Below, one piece after another: positions 1 through 12,879 of a stretch of 64,000 nucleotides of DNA. The first letter of the stretch is position 1. The number at the start of each line of letters is the position of its first letter. The notes under the pieces are model-generated. The model had not been told where the DNA came from. It searched no databases and saw only the letters and a program-made list of their open reading frames with translations. Made by a program: the position numbers and the translations under genes. The stretch is from assembly GCA_964016885.1 (NCBI GenBank), contig OZ024740.1, positions 424,638,001 to 424,702,000 of the forward strand, given 5' to 3'. The stretch comes from Eledone cirrhosa (taxonomy: Eukaryota).

Positions 1-135
1 TGGCTGCTCTAAATATGTTTGTGTACCATTGTGGTTCCATGCGCCTTCATAAATATGAAACAGAAAGATGAAAACAAAATTAAGAAATAAGAAGAAAGGG
101 AGAAGGGGTAAAGAAGGGGAGATCTGGCGGCATGA

Positions 136-318
136 GAAAGTAGAGGAAAGTAGATGAAAGTAGAGGAAAGTAGAGGAAAGTAGAGGAAAGTAGAGAACAG
201 GAGAGGAAAGGAGAGGAAAGTTAGAGGAAAGTAGAGAACAGAAGAGAAAAGGAGAGGACAGTAGAGGAAAGTAGAGGAAAGTAGAGGAAAGTAGAGAAAA
301 GGAGAAAAAAGGAGAGGC
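136..318. repeat. 10-bp minisatellite (AAAGTAGAGG)n, degenerate
   Basis: Repeated aaagtagagg units visible directly. Confidence 0.85.
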
Positions 319-349
319 AAGGACTTGTTCTCAGAAGAATCATAGTGGT

Positions 350-562
350 TTCTTATATAGGCACAAGGCCAGCAATTTTGGGGGAGGGGTAAGTCGATTA
401 AATCGACCTCAGTGCGTGACTGGTACTTTATTTTATCGACCCGGTAAGGATGAAAGGCAAAGTTAACTTCGGCGGGATTTGAACTCAGATCATAAAGGGC
501 CGTAACTCTATGCTGCAAAGCATGGCGTCCGACCCTCTACCGATACAGCCAATCCATCGCCC
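350..562 (-). mobile_element. tRNA-derived SINE, full length with 21-bp TSD
   Basis: Minus strand has an A-box-like TGGCTGTATCGG, B box GAGTTCAAATCC and body gcctttcatcctta..gggtcgataaaataaagtaccag; TSD tctcagaagaatcatagtggt at 329-349 and 565-585. Confidence 0.9.
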
Positions 563-872
563 TCTCTCAGAAGAATCATAGTGGTAGTGATCAGCATAGC
601 TGCAATATAACGCTTTCTTAATTTCTAGAAAGTTTTCAAGAACATCCACAGAAATAAGATGAGAATTGAGAATTATTTGTGCTTATGGAATACAAGAGCA
701 GTTTGTGACCCCTAAATGGGGACTTTTTTTCAATAGGTGAATAATGTGGCCTCTTATCTCTTCACAGTTATAATTCGTTTATATATACTTTAGATATGTT
801 GTAGATTTATTTGTGTGTTTAAAAAATAAGCTACAGTGTGGTGAAATTCCAGCCAAACTACTGTAAATTCTT

Positions 873-1090
873 TGGATTGGCAGAATCGGTAGAGCGTCGA
901 AAAAGATGCTTTGTTACATATAGTTACAGGCTTTTACGTTCTGAGTTAAAATTCCGCCGAGGTTAGCTTTAGCTTTCTTGCTTACAGGGTCGATAACATA
1001 AAGTACCAGTAACACACTGGGTCGATTTAATCGACTTTCCCTTCCCCCCAAAATTGTTGGCCTTGTGCCTAAATCTGAAATCATTATTAT
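873..1090 (+). mobile_element. tRNA-derived SINE (same family)
   Basis: TGGCAGAATCGG A box, ctgagttaaaattcc B box, same body and tail as 350-562. Confidence 0.85.
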
Positions 1091-1315
1091 TGCTGCTATT
1101 TATGCTAGGAAAATTCTTGGAGTGTTTGTTTCGATATAAATCTTTTCTCTTTGTCTTTATTTAAAATAATGTTTGTCTTTTTGTAAACTGATTTCAGTAT
1201 TTTTATCGAGTATTGCAGTGGTTTGTCTTGATTCAGCGTCTGTCACGCTACTTTCTCATTCGTTCATACCTTCCGCTGGACCTCGTCGCATCAACAGGTC
1301 AGATTTTTGTAATAA

Positions 1316-1497
1316 TTGTTTCTACTTTTGGCACAAGGCCAGCAATAACCCAGTGTATTACTGGTACTTTATTTTATCGACCCGTAAGGATGAAAGGCAA
1401 AGTTAACCTCGGTGGGATTTGAACTCAGAATGGCAAGGGCCGTAACTCTATGCGCCAAAGCATGGCGTCCGACCCTCTACCGATACTGCCAATTCAC
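1316..1497 (-). mobile_element. tRNA-derived SINE (short-tail variant)
   Basis: Near-identical to 350-562 but lacks the gtcgattaaatcgac segment. Confidence 0.85.
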
Positions 1498-1744
1498 AAT
1501 AATAGTAATATAGAACCACAAAATTGAAAAACAAACGAAAGACCTACACTTACTTGGGGAACTAGAAAAAAACAAAAGACCAACACTTACTTGGGGGACT
1601 AGAAACAAAAAAAAAAGAAAGAAATAACGGATTCAACATGAAAAAATAAACGATCTAAATAGCAAAAATAAAACAAATAAAAAAGAGATCTTGGAAGCAA
1701 AACAACTCAGACGGATCATAGCAGAAAAAAGTCATGGTATCTTA

Positions 1745-1960
1745 TGTATATATATATGTAAAAGGTAAACAGAAATATCAACACAATCGGTACTGTATAT
1801 GGAAGGGATATATTAGGTTAACGCTTGATATAGTAGGAAGAGGGTCTTAACGTTTCGGACGCTAGTCCTTCATCAGAAAAAAGAATTATGAATAAGATAG
1901 ATTGAGGGGGCGGGCGGGATGGAATTTGAAAAAATGTCTTTAGATAAAAATAACAGGTCC
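1745..1960 (-). mobile_element. Penelope-like/retrozyme-like fragment with hammerhead motif (family HH-1)
   Basis: Reverse complement of 47480-47715; minus strand CTGATGA-aggac-tagc-gtcc-GAAACGTT at about 1845-1880. Confidence 0.7.
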
Positions 1961-2358
1961 ATTCATGTTGACATCTCTTGCAAAACTGTTGGTGCTGGCG
2001 TTTTGTGTATGATTTATTTTTTAGAAAAGTGGATGATGGATCGCGTCTACCTGAAATGGAAAAAAACTGTTTTGTGAAAAGAGCTATACATGCGTAAGCA
2101 TGTGTGTGTGCGTGTGTGTGTGTGTATGTGTGCACGTGTGTGTTTATGTGTGTGTGTGCGCGCGTGTATGAGAGTCCGTGTTTTGTTTAAGTTTACTATT
2201 TGGTTATGTCCCCTTACTTAGTTGTTCGACGAAAAGAGTTTGATAAAATAAGTACGGCGTCAATATGATCAGCTAAACCATAGTCTAATGATTGGAGCCA
2301 GTAAAAGAATTATCTCTGTCTCTCACACACACACACACACACTCTCTCTCTCCCTCTC

Positions 2359-2392
<34 letters not shown>

Positions 2393-2397
2393 CCTCC

Positions 2398-2454
<57 letters not shown>

Positions 2455-2458
<4 letters not shown>

Positions 2459-2696
2459 GATTGAATCTTAACTATCTACTATGTCAGGGTATGTCATGTA
2501 TCATTATATTTTATCTGATGAGGACGTACTGTTGAACTTAACTCAGTACCTCTGAAATATGTATAATAAAATATAATTGATCACAAGAATATCTATTTTG
2601 TTAATATTTTGAATTAATATTAATAACTCTGGAAAACATTTTCAATCTATTGTAAAACTCATTCTTTGATGTATTCATTGAACCTTGTTTAACTCT

Positions 2697-2697
<1 letters not shown>
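2455..2697 (+). mobile_element. Hammerhead-bearing non-coding element in (TA)n (family HH-2)
   Basis: ttttat-CTGATGA-ggacgtactg..cagtacctct-GAAA-tatGTA-taataaaa at about 2509-2570; further copies at 20880-21243 and 23265-23550. Confidence 0.7.
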
Positions 2698-2730
<33 letters not shown>

Positions 2731-4439
2731 TAAATTATAAATTACACAATTATCAAAGTTATGTTCAAATCATTTAATTGCTGACAATCGTTTCTTCCAA
2801 ACTGACTATTGGTAGCATGCCATAGTCTTAACTATTTACAAAAGGAAAGCTGATCATTCGGATTGAAACATCAGATGCCGAAAGAAAAAAATACTCGGTT
2901 GCTTCTTATTACGACATCTCCTCTACGGAATAGCTTCAAGAATATATTCTGAATCTCAAGTCAGCTTTCGGCCTCAGCATAGCACAATTGATATGATCTT
3001 TGCAAGGCCCATGGGAAACGCCAGTGACCCTCCCTCCTCCAAAAGTGATTGGATTTGACTTGTGTAAGGCTTCTGACATCTTCAGCTATGATCGGATATG
3101 GAATGTACTCTGTAAAAAATCATTGTGTCCCTAAATTCAGGTTATCGGCAGATGGATTAGTGGTACATTCAGAAGACTCTTTCTGGCATAATTATCCACT
3201 TCCCACCGACATTTCTACTGGAAACCAAATCTTAGGTACTCCTTCTTCTTTTGTGTATCTTGTATATCTCCTTCTGCCAATTCCTTGCCCTGGACTGCGG
3301 GACTTTATTTATTGACCCAAAAGTATAAAAAACACAATTAACCCCGACAGCATTGAGTATCTCAGGTAATGTGAGTTTAATTAAGATGTTTAATAACAGA
3401 ATCAAACAAGTCTCCTCTACGTTTGGGCGTCATGACGAGTTTGTTTTCTGTAAACGGAGCATTCGCTATATATTTTTGTTTGTTTTTATAACATTCACAG
3501 TTTGCCAAGTTGTCTGTATTTCAACTGTGTTGTGTAGGTGCCAAGTGTAGACACTCTTCAGTAAAGCAAATCAGAACATTGGAATCCTCCCACATTTGAT
3601 GTCTACAGCAACAACAAAAACAACAACGATGATGGTGACGACAACAACATGTAAATCCAATATTTTATTCTAAAAGTTTCAAAACTCTCTTGTTTGTTCC
3701 TTACAGTTGTTGTTGTCGCTGTTGTTTTTTTTTGTTTTCTGTTTACGCCTGAAATTATGCCGATATATGACATTTGAAAAGAGAAAACTTCTGATATTGT
3801 ATTTGTAAGACTACATTATCCAATATGACCTTCTTTTTCTCTTCTAAGACTGCAAGATGTGATATGAGGTAAAATTTGTTGCTATTTCTTCTAGCAACCC
3901 GAGATCCTACATTGAGTGTCTGTCAGTTAGCTTGTTCCCAACAACGTTACAAATGTGTATGACGTGCGTGAGCTGTTTAGCCTCCAAGTCAACCCTGATT
4001 GAGTAGACCTTTGAATAATCGGATCATCCCACTCCTTTATTTTAGTATATCATACAGAGGTGACAATTGGCGAAGTGGTTAAAGCGTTGGGTACAAAACC
4101 TTGCAGCGTTTCTTCTAGTTTCTGTGTTCTGAGTTCAAATGTTCGAATGATGTCGAGGTGAACTTTGTCTTTCATCCTTTTATGTCGATAACTAATGTAC
4201 CACAATTCAAAACGGCTGATTGCTGGATTTATCATAGCTTTGGATGAGATGCCTTGCGGTAGTTGTTCTGGTTCTTCGCATTCTGAATTCAAGTTCTGCC
4301 TAAGAACCAACTGACCAGTCTAGTCATCTAAACATAAGATCACATTGTTATTCTACCATTGGCTAACGTAGACAAACTTAGACAAGCGTAGACCTAGAGT
4401 CAGTATAAATAAACATGCCTAACCTTTTCTGCTGCAGTA

Positions 4440-4730
4440 ATATATTGAACAAGACTCCCAAGTGAGGAGAGACTTGCTAATCAGGTCCTGTATGGGTACT
4501 GTCCATTGGAAATAGGTGAAGAGGACGTCCCAAGATGAACTGGCGGAGAGAATCGACAGAGACCTGAAACCCATCAACAAAATCTGGAATGATGTATTGA
4601 TAGATGCAACTGACCGTGGTCATTGGAACACTTTGGCTGCCTCATGTGTCACAAGACATGGGATGTATTGATACATGGAACTGACCGCGGTCATTGAAGC
4701 ACTTTGACTGCCTCTTGTATCTCAAGACAC
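4440..4730 (+). mobile_element. RTE-like LINE 3' fragment with one duplicated ~70-bp terminal unit
   Basis: Same sequence as 46160-46910 in reverse orientation; decayed GRPK..W-like C-terminus. Confidence 0.6.
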
Positions 4731-5368
4731 AGAAGTTTCTAAGTGTAAGTAAGATATATTGACAACAACTGAAAAGAATAGACGCCTATCTCGAGCAATA
4801 GTAAAACATATTACGTTTGTTTGGACATCATTATACAATGCCATCCTCGTTCTTCTCATATTCATGTTTAATGACAGCAAGATGTGATTCGAGCTTAAAT
4901 TAGCTCCTATTTCTCTCATGTCGATCACATAACATCTCCCGTGTCTGGTGCCGACAAGGTATATCATCTGGCTCAAACTTCCTCTACGTCTTTCCGTTTT
5001 TCATTTACTAATTATTCTTCTCGTTCCTCCTCTCCATGTCATAACAAATAAATTCCCCTTTGTTCTTCTCTTCTTTATCCCTTCTCTCTTTCTTTCATTC
5101 ATATTTTTCTATCTCCCTTTCTTTTTCTCCCTATTTTCCTTCCTTCTATATCACTGTTGCAATGTTCTCACTTCTTCTTCCTTTCGTTTTCTCCCTCATC
5201 AATTTCTCACTTTAGTGCTTTCTTTTTGTTTTTGTTTTTGTGTGGGAGGTTATATATATATGACCTCCCCACACCCTAATCACCACCTCCCCCACCACCA
5301 TATCACATTCACAGTCGCCTTTCATGATGATTTCTTTCGAATGAAACAGTTCTAGTCCTGTAGAAGCC

Positions 5369-5489
<121 letters not shown>

Positions 5490-5581
5490 GGTATATGTGA
5501 ATATCTATATATGTGGTGTATCTGTGTGGCTTCATATTTGTAAAGATACTTGTATTTTTTTTCCTTTGGACACATGTGCAC

Positions 5582-5625
<44 letters not shown>

Positions 5626-5629
<4 letters not shown>

Positions 5630-5881
5630 AAATTAAAGAAATTATTTAGCCTGATAGTGGGGTTAAGAACCCTCGAATAAATGGAAAAAGATGAGTATTG
5701 ATGTACATGAGTATTGATGTACATGAGTATTGATGTACGTCAATACTCATCTTTTTCCATTTCTCCGAGGGTTCTTAACCCCACTATCAGGCTAAATAAT
5801 TTCTTTAATTTCTTTAGTCAAAATACGGCGATAGCTAACATTTCTAATAATTTCAAATCAACTCGCTGTTTCGAAAATATT

Positions 5882-5884
<3 letters not shown>
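5626..5884 (+). mobile_element. Fold-back palindromic element with tail, flanked by (TA)n
   Basis: Arms about 5626-5702 and 5739-5816 are reverse complements with a few mismatches; loop holds a triplicated gagtattgatgtacat; unique tail to 5884. Confidence 0.75.
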
Positions 5885-5970
<86 letters not shown>

Positions 5971-6057
5971 TTATATATATATGTGTGTAGAGTACTAATT
6001 TGAATAATGGCCTTATTGGTCTTAAAAAATAACATATCTCGCTCTCTCCCCCCCCCC

Positions 6058-6103
<46 letters not shown>

Positions 6104-6109
<6 letters not shown>

Positions 6110-6294
6110 TAAAATAACAGATTAAAGTTCTGAAACTGTTTCAGAAGATCCCGTTAAGGGTGAAAGCAGCGATTCATTGCTTAAACTTTAATCTGTTATT
6201 TTAATAAATATTTGCTCTACGGTTCTTATGTATTTGATATATATTTATCCTTATCGAGCTCTCTTTGGATTTTAATCTTCACATTTATTATTAT

Positions 6295-6298
<4 letters not shown>
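6104..6298 (+). mobile_element. Hammerhead-like element (family HH-3) with inverted arms
   Basis: caGAAGA-tccc-gttaa-gggt-GAAA-gca..tgc-TTA-aacttt; arms atttattaaaataacagattaaagtt / aactttaatctgttattttaataaat; related pieces at 17203-17310 and about 39565-39665. Confidence 0.55.
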
Positions 6299-6344
<46 letters not shown>

Positions 6345-6347
<3 letters not shown>

Positions 6348-6905
6348 TATGTATACGTACATACATATATGTACACAGACGTACAGTAGTATGTATATAT
6401 ATACATACATGCACACATATATATATGTACGTATGGATTCACCAAATGAAATGAAATTTCGTTTCATTTTTTCCGTTTATCGTTTTCGGTGCACCCGGCC
6501 GATTAACTCACTCGATATGCAAATTGGGCTACTCAGCCGTTAATATGCATAAGGTAGGTATATACTTTCGGACGTTCAACTATCTGGCAGGAAGGTATAC
6601 GTTGCTGACGATAGCTAACAAGCTTGAAACTAGTACAGCGTTCCTTTGTCAGTGTTGAACAAACGAGCAACAGTGGTTGCTAGACACTACGGCTTAATAC
6701 GGGATGTTGGTTTACAAACACACCGAGCATTATAATAAATGTTCGGTGAATCCATACGTACATATATATATGTGTGCATGTATGTATATATATATACATA
6801 CTACTGTACGTCTGTATACATATATGTATGTGCGTATACATACTTATATTTAAGTAACAGCCGTACTAAGAGTGGGAAATGAAATTTCGTTTCATTTTTT
6901 CCGTT

Positions 6906-6908
<3 letters not shown>
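6345..6908 (+). mobile_element. Retrozyme/Penelope pLTR-like element (family HH-4): inverted 5' piece, ~430-bp monomer, 30-bp direct tail
   Basis: Direct repeat aaatgaaatttcgtttcattttttccgtttat at about 6448 and 6877; 6345-6441 is the reverse complement of about 6745-6846; contains a hammerhead. Confidence 0.8.
6599..6641 (+). ncRNA. Minimal type I hammerhead ribozyme
   Basis: acgttg-CTGACGA-t-agc-taacaa-gct-t-GAAAC-TA-GTA-cagcgt: helix I acgttg/cagcgt, helix II agc/gct, palindromic helix III ACTAGT, GUA cleavage triplet. Confidence 0.8.
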
Positions 6909-6955
<47 letters not shown>

Positions 6956-7374
6956 CATACATCTACAGATCCATATACATATGTACATGCATGTATATAT
7001 AAATGTGAATGTATATATATATATATATGCGTGTGTGTGTGTGTGTGTGGAGAGAGAGGAGAGGGGGGAATAGAGAATGAGTGTGGGTGTGTGGAGGAAG
7101 AGGTTCGTGTATGGCAAGATATGTGTAGAAAGGAGCACGTGTTCACTAAATAGAATGTTTGGTAGGGTAGTGTGGTATAGTGTGGTGCATTCCAGTTTAA
7201 ATACCTACTAGTGAGAAATGTGATGAATGTTCCTGTTGGGCCAACCTACTCTTCAATGAGGCTGCCATTCTCAGCCAGTGTCTCAGAAACGGACCTTTAT
7301 AGTGCTATGTTAATACCTAACTTAGTTGGATGATGCTATGTACATGTAAACGTATACTCACCCTGTATATATAT

Positions 7375-7413
<39 letters not shown>

Positions 7414-7551
7414 TATATACATATATATGTATATGTATACATATACGTATGTATATATACACACATATATATGTATATATATAGATAGACAGATATATAT
7501 ATATGTATGTATCTATATATGTATACATACACGCATAAGTATGCGTGCATA

Positions 7552-7592
<41 letters not shown>

Positions 7593-7613
7593 TATATATA
7601 AATATATATATAT

Positions 7614-7661
<48 letters not shown>

Positions 7662-7790
7662 CACTGAACATCTGCTGACACATTGCCGTTAAAAGTTGTT
7701 TTAAATATTAAACTACAATTTTAACAGACTGAGATGCTATATATACATACATATATACATACATATATACATACATAAGTACATGCATAC

Positions 7791-7844
<54 letters not shown>

Positions 7845-7922
7845 TATACATACATTCATATACACAGGCATATGTACATACTATCTCTCTGTTGGCAAAA
7901 ATTTGTGAAATTATAAATATAT

Positions 7923-8075
7923 ATATCAACTAGAAATAGATTGACACATATATGTCAATCTATTTCTAGTTGATATGTAATGCTCGGATCTATTCATTGG
8001 AATCTTTGAGCTTATTCTACTGTGGGTACGGCGCATGTGTCTCAGATATGACAACCCTTAATTTTAATTTTGGAT
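7923..8075 (+). mobile_element. Fold-back palindrome plus tail in (TA)n
   Basis: atatcaactagaaatagattgaca-cata-ta-tgtcaatctatttctagttgatat followed by a ~95-bp tail. Confidence 0.7.
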
Positions 8076-8200
8076 ATATATATATACATACAATACATAC
8101 ATTCATATACGCATGCATATATACATATATACATGCATACGTTCATACGTACATACATACATACATATACACATACATATATACATACATACATACATAC

Positions 8201-8810
8201 ATGGTGGCTGCCAACTCGTTTTCGAGTACGGCCACTACTTTATATCCATGTAGGAGAACCCCTACGGATGCGCTGAACGAGTGTGACTTTTTAGTCCAGC
8301 CAGCGATTTGAAAACTCTGGTACAAACACTACACTTTTGACAATTATTGACACATAGTGCTGGGCCCATGGTACCATGTGACGACAAGTGCAGAGAAATC
8401 TCCAGATATAAAGCAATGCCTGTGCCGTGAAGCTTTTATAGTGAGCAAAGGCACTGCACAAAGCCAGTCCCACTCTCTTAAACAAGATGATATATACCAA
8501 AGAGAAGAACAAGTCAACATCATTGGATACCATCAGGGTTGCAGGTGTTATATCAGAGTTTTCCTTCTCCTAGAATTCTGCCTTGACAAAGGCTAAGGGG
8601 TCATCTCTCCCGGTGATTTTGGATGGCCATTGACTCTTAAGAGCTCTTTTGCCCTTTGACAGGTTTTGTTTTTAGTCCTGCAGGATGTCCAAAGTCACCC
8701 TCCTCACCAAGAAACCTTGGTGGGGTTGCCAGTTTAGTCGCCAACGACCCGACCATGAGACAGGTTGTACTGGGATACATGTTACCAGTAGCACCAACTG
8801 GTGACCTGAC
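8201..8810 (-). mobile_element. Non-coding non-LTR retroelement (RTE-derived SINE-like) in (TATG)n
   Basis: Highly similar inverted copy at 58900-59493; truncated copies at 58753-58833 and 57903-57960 keep the gcagccaccat end with a ctcg-aaaa-cgag stem; gaaggaaaactctgat resembles RTE 5' UTRs. Confidence 0.75.
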
Positions 8811-8825
8811 ATATACATACATACA

Positions 8826-8856
<31 letters not shown>

Positions 8857-8902
8857 GACACATACATATGACACATAGATACATATACACTTACATACAT
8901 AC

Positions 8903-9331
8903 ATGATGATGGCTGCAACTCGATTTCGAGTATTAGCATCGCTTGATAATTAAGCATAAACATAATGGACGTGGCGTATGGCCAGCAATACCATGGGTCG
9001 TAAAAAATATGAGGAAACGCGTTGCACGGAGCCAATCCGACTTTTAGAACATCGAATGCATTTATGCAAAAAGAAGAACTGGTCTACATCATTGGATGCA
9101 AACGAAGTCGCTACTGGTACAACCTGTGCATGATCGGGTCGTCGGCGACTAAACCAGCAAACCCACCAAACTTGATTGGTGAGGAGGGTGATTTTGGACA
9201 CCCTGCGGGATGACAAACAAAACCCGTCAAAGGGCGGAGTAACTGAGGAGGGTCAACGGTCATCCAATAAGGTTTTATTTTAGTCTTCATTGAGACATCT
9301 CTCTAGGAGAAGGTCACTCTGATATAAAACA
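8903..9331 (-). mobile_element. Divergent relative of the 8201-8810 element with inverted 5' part
   Basis: 8903-9098 is collinear with the 8201-8530 ends; about 9110-9331 matches 8545-8775 in opposite orientation. Confidence 0.65.
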
Positions 9332-9944
9332 TATATATATACCTACATACATGACTACCGTGTCTGGTATGCGAATTTCCTCTCTAAACAACCCACATTT
9401 GGTCTCTACACGTCCGTCATCACTTAGGTCGATAGCATTTTATCAGATCACATGATCATGCCGTGTGCTGACGGCTCTCGCTCTCTCTCACGCCAAGCCA
9501 CGTGTACATTGTTCTCCAATGGACGCATGATTTTATTAAAAGTAAAACTACAAACGCTGTTGAAGAAAACCTTATCGCAGTCCCTTAAGCATAAACAACA
9601 CGTGACTAGAACCCTAATGATTAGTCCATATAGTTCTCACAATCACTGATGATTTCTCACGGAGGACACACTCTCACCCAACCTCTTGCCTTATTTTTCA
9701 TAGTTTCACTGCCAGAAAATATATCAATTCTCAATAACTAATGATCCTCTAGAGGGCTCAGTTGAGGCCTTCAATGAAGCACTGCTCCCACATAAGGGAC
9801 CTCGGTGATTTCACTCTAGAACCCCAGGTCACAACCAGAAGAAAGGTCAATCGGTTTATAGTCACACGTTGATATTCAACAACCTTTGACCCACGGTGGT
9901 TGTCTTCCCTCCCAGCCTATTTTACTGTTTTACAATGGCCTCTG

Positions 9945-10160
9945 AGGGCGGTGGATTGTCAGTAGACTCTCGGACACCATGCTACGCTGTATAGAGTTAC
10001 GGCCCTTTATGTTCTGTGTTCAAATCCTGCCGTGGTTATCTTTGACTTTCATCCTTAAAATGTCAATAAAATAGAGTACCAGTAACGAACTAGGGGCGAT
10101 TTCATCGGCTATCCCTCCTCCAAAATTGTTGGCCTCGAGCTTAAATCAGAAACCGTTATT
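9945..10160 (+). mobile_element. tRNA-derived SINE
   Basis: gggcggtggattgtcag head, gtgttcaaatcc B box, family body. Confidence 0.8.
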
Positions 10161-10299
10161 TAAATGATCACCCCTATTTATCGTAACCCATTAGTTTCAT
10201 GCCACCTCCACCCAGGTATTCTTGACACACTCGTACCTTCTTCTTTCGTCACTCGAGTTCTGTCCAAGTTCCCAGGCTCCGCCTTATATATTCATTTTA

Positions 10300-10610
10300 T
10301 TATAGAAATGACTTCCACAGGAATAGAACTGTTTCATTCGTAAGAAATCATTTCTACAATAAAATGAATATACTTATATTCTACTAACGTATTGAGTACC
10401 CTTTTTAACGATGGTCACCCTTCGATACACAAGTTTATCCGGGTTCAATCGAGGGTAACCACAGTAAGTAAGGTACTCAATACAAAGCAGAGTATAAATA
10501 TTTAATATAGAAAGGCTTCTACAGGACTAGAACTGTTTCATTCGGGAGAAATCATCAGGAAGCCCTGATGATTTCTCCCGAATGAAACAGTTCTAGTCCT
10601 GTAGAAGCCT

Positions 10611-10616
<6 letters not shown>
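10300..10616. mobile_element. Hammerhead-like element (family HH-5), tandem plus perfect fold-back
   Basis: 10507-10559 and 10564-10616 are reverse complements; CTGATGA-tttc-tccc-gaat-GAAAC-a-GTTC; other copies at about 5324-5372, 10302-10352 and 25672-25725. Confidence 0.7.
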
Positions 10617-10680
<64 letters not shown>

Positions 10681-10956
10681 TATAAATTATGTCCTTAGAA
10701 TCATTTGATAAGATATATACTCAATTTCATCTCCCAATTAGCATAATTAACCACACAAAAAGCCAATCAAACCAGGCTATAAGATCAAAAGGCACCTGTG
10801 AAGAAATAATAGATAAATAAACGATAGCCACCTATTCGCGATCAACAGCCATAGAATATTTACCCAGCATTTCAATAGCACGTGGAAATCGATTAAATAT
10901 ATCGTCAACCATACACAATCAGGTATAAAATCAAAGCTAGAAGAAAAAATGCATAT

Positions 10957-11067
<111 letters not shown>

Positions 11068-11080
11068 AATATATATATAG

Positions 11081-11132
<52 letters not shown>

Positions 11133-11667
11133 CTGTGTACATGTGTTTAATTATTTGTATGTATGTGTATGTACATATGTGGGTACGAACGAAAGAAAAA
11201 AAAGCGATCAATGTGTGGAAGTTGTAATTATATTAACATTGTGACTTATTTCCTCATCACTGGCGGCATAAAGCCATCTATCTCAAATGGAAAACAAATA
11301 AAAAAACAATATGGAGATTGCAGCTTCACAACATGTTTGTTGTTTCAGATCACGTGGTGCTTTTTGGTGATTCTGTGACATCAGATGAGTGAGCCTAAGA
11401 TAGGAAATTTATGTCGTGGTGGCACGATTAACTTTGAAGCGATTTAGCGACACCAAATTCCTTGTCGTATTGGATTTCGCTGACGGAAAAGGGTGTATTG
11501 GTGAGCTTGTTGTTTGGACTAGTCTAGTGATGACTGTCTCTTCCACACGAGATGGGTACAACTAAGGGTTGTTTTTTTTTCTAAACAATAACTGACATTA
11601 TTTAAAAAAAAATTAATCAGTATATATATATATATATGTGTGTGTATCTGACTGATAAAATGACAAG

Positions 11668-11948
11668 TCAGTCAATCATATCGGTGGCCTCCCCACAGCC
11701 CCGGAAGACGGCAAGGGAGACGCGCTGGAAAAGCCATTCCAACTCGCGAGGCTCACACCTGCAGTTGGCCAGCTCAGCGCCTATAGTGGTGAGTAGGGAG
11801 GTAGCCCTAAAACCGAGGATACCAGAAGTCTCCACTGCCAAGGGTACGACCGCGAACCTGTCGGAGAGTGACCGGTATTTGAAGAGTTTGGTGTCCTCAG
11901 CCCGACGTGCAGCAGAACCTGGGTTAGTCGCAGACTGCACCAGGTTGC
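11668..11948 (-). pseudogene. CRE-clade non-LTR retrotransposon restriction-like endonuclease fragment
   Basis: Translation PGSAARRAEDTKLFKYRSL..FAVVPLAVETSGILG..WLFQRVSLAVFRG fits the C-terminal RLE region of CRE-type elements. Confidence 0.75.
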
Positions 11949-12090
11949 GATGGCCATTGGGCGATGTCCGAGGACAGTGTTTTGAAGTTGGCTAACGGAG
12001 GGCTTTTCCTGTGGTCAAAATATTACCTTTCCTGATTATGTATGGCTATAGGAAAAGTGTCTCTTAATTAGAGACAGAATTATTAACTAG

Positions 12091-12828
12091 TCTTCTTCTT
12101 CTTCTTCTTCTTCTTCTTCTTCTTCTTCTTCTTCTTCTTCTTCTTCTTCTTCTTCTTCTTCTTCTTCTTCTTCTTCTTCTTCTTCTTCTTCTTCTTCTTC
12201 TTCTTCTTCTTCTTCTTCTTCTTCTTCTTCTTCTTCTTCTTCTTCTTCTTCTTCTTCTTCTTCTTCTTCTTCTTCTTCTTCTTCTTCTTCTTCTTCTCTC
12301 ACTAATCCTGAGAGAGTCATGGGGACAGAGTTCTGAAGAACTTCTTCCGGCAGGTCCTGTCAGAAGCAACCGTCTCCAACTGATCCGGCTGGACTCCAAG
12401 CTAGACCAGCCAACCTCATGGATGTTATCATCTACCCCGTCATCTCCTGCCGGGTGATTTTGCCCGAAAAATCTGTCCAACGATTCTTTCCTGATAGATT
12501 CTAACCACATGTCCATAGTATCGGAGCGGTGATCTCTCAATTCGGAGAAGTAGCAGCTCTACCTGGAGTGACTCCCTGATCTCTGAGCTATGTATTCTAT
12601 CGAGTAACGTTATCCCAAAGACTCTTCGGATGAATCCCATTTCGGTCGCTTGTATTCGTGAACGTATTCTTTCGTTCATTGTCCAAAATTTATAACCATA
12701 GGGAAGGGTTGGCCGAATACCAAATTGAAGATGGTGAGTTTGTCTTCCCCCCCCCCCCCCATCTTCTGATAATCGAGTGCTGAAAGGCGCATTATTGCAC
12801 CAGCTCCTGCAATTCTTGCACACAATTC
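12091..12828 (-). mobile_element. 5'-truncated RTE-clade LINE with long (GAA)n tail and 17-bp TSD
   Basis: RPTLPYG..WT..IQATEMGFIRR..GITLLDRI..RYYGHVVR; (TTC)n 12091-12296; TSD aattattaactagtctt at 12078-12094 and 12829-12845. Confidence 0.85.
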
Positions 12829-12879
12829 AATTATTAACTAGTCTTTATATATATATTCCTTTATTCCTGTTACAGCCAT

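Noticed and set aside
2900-3260. Possible host exon (also 17616-17927, 45900-46150 and 46980-47198)
   Set aside because: No recognisable domain and no consistent splice-bounded open frame; cannot be supported without transcript data
12064-12540. Poly-E and poly-R ORFs
   Set aside because: (GAA)n tail of an RTE insertion bounded by a TSD
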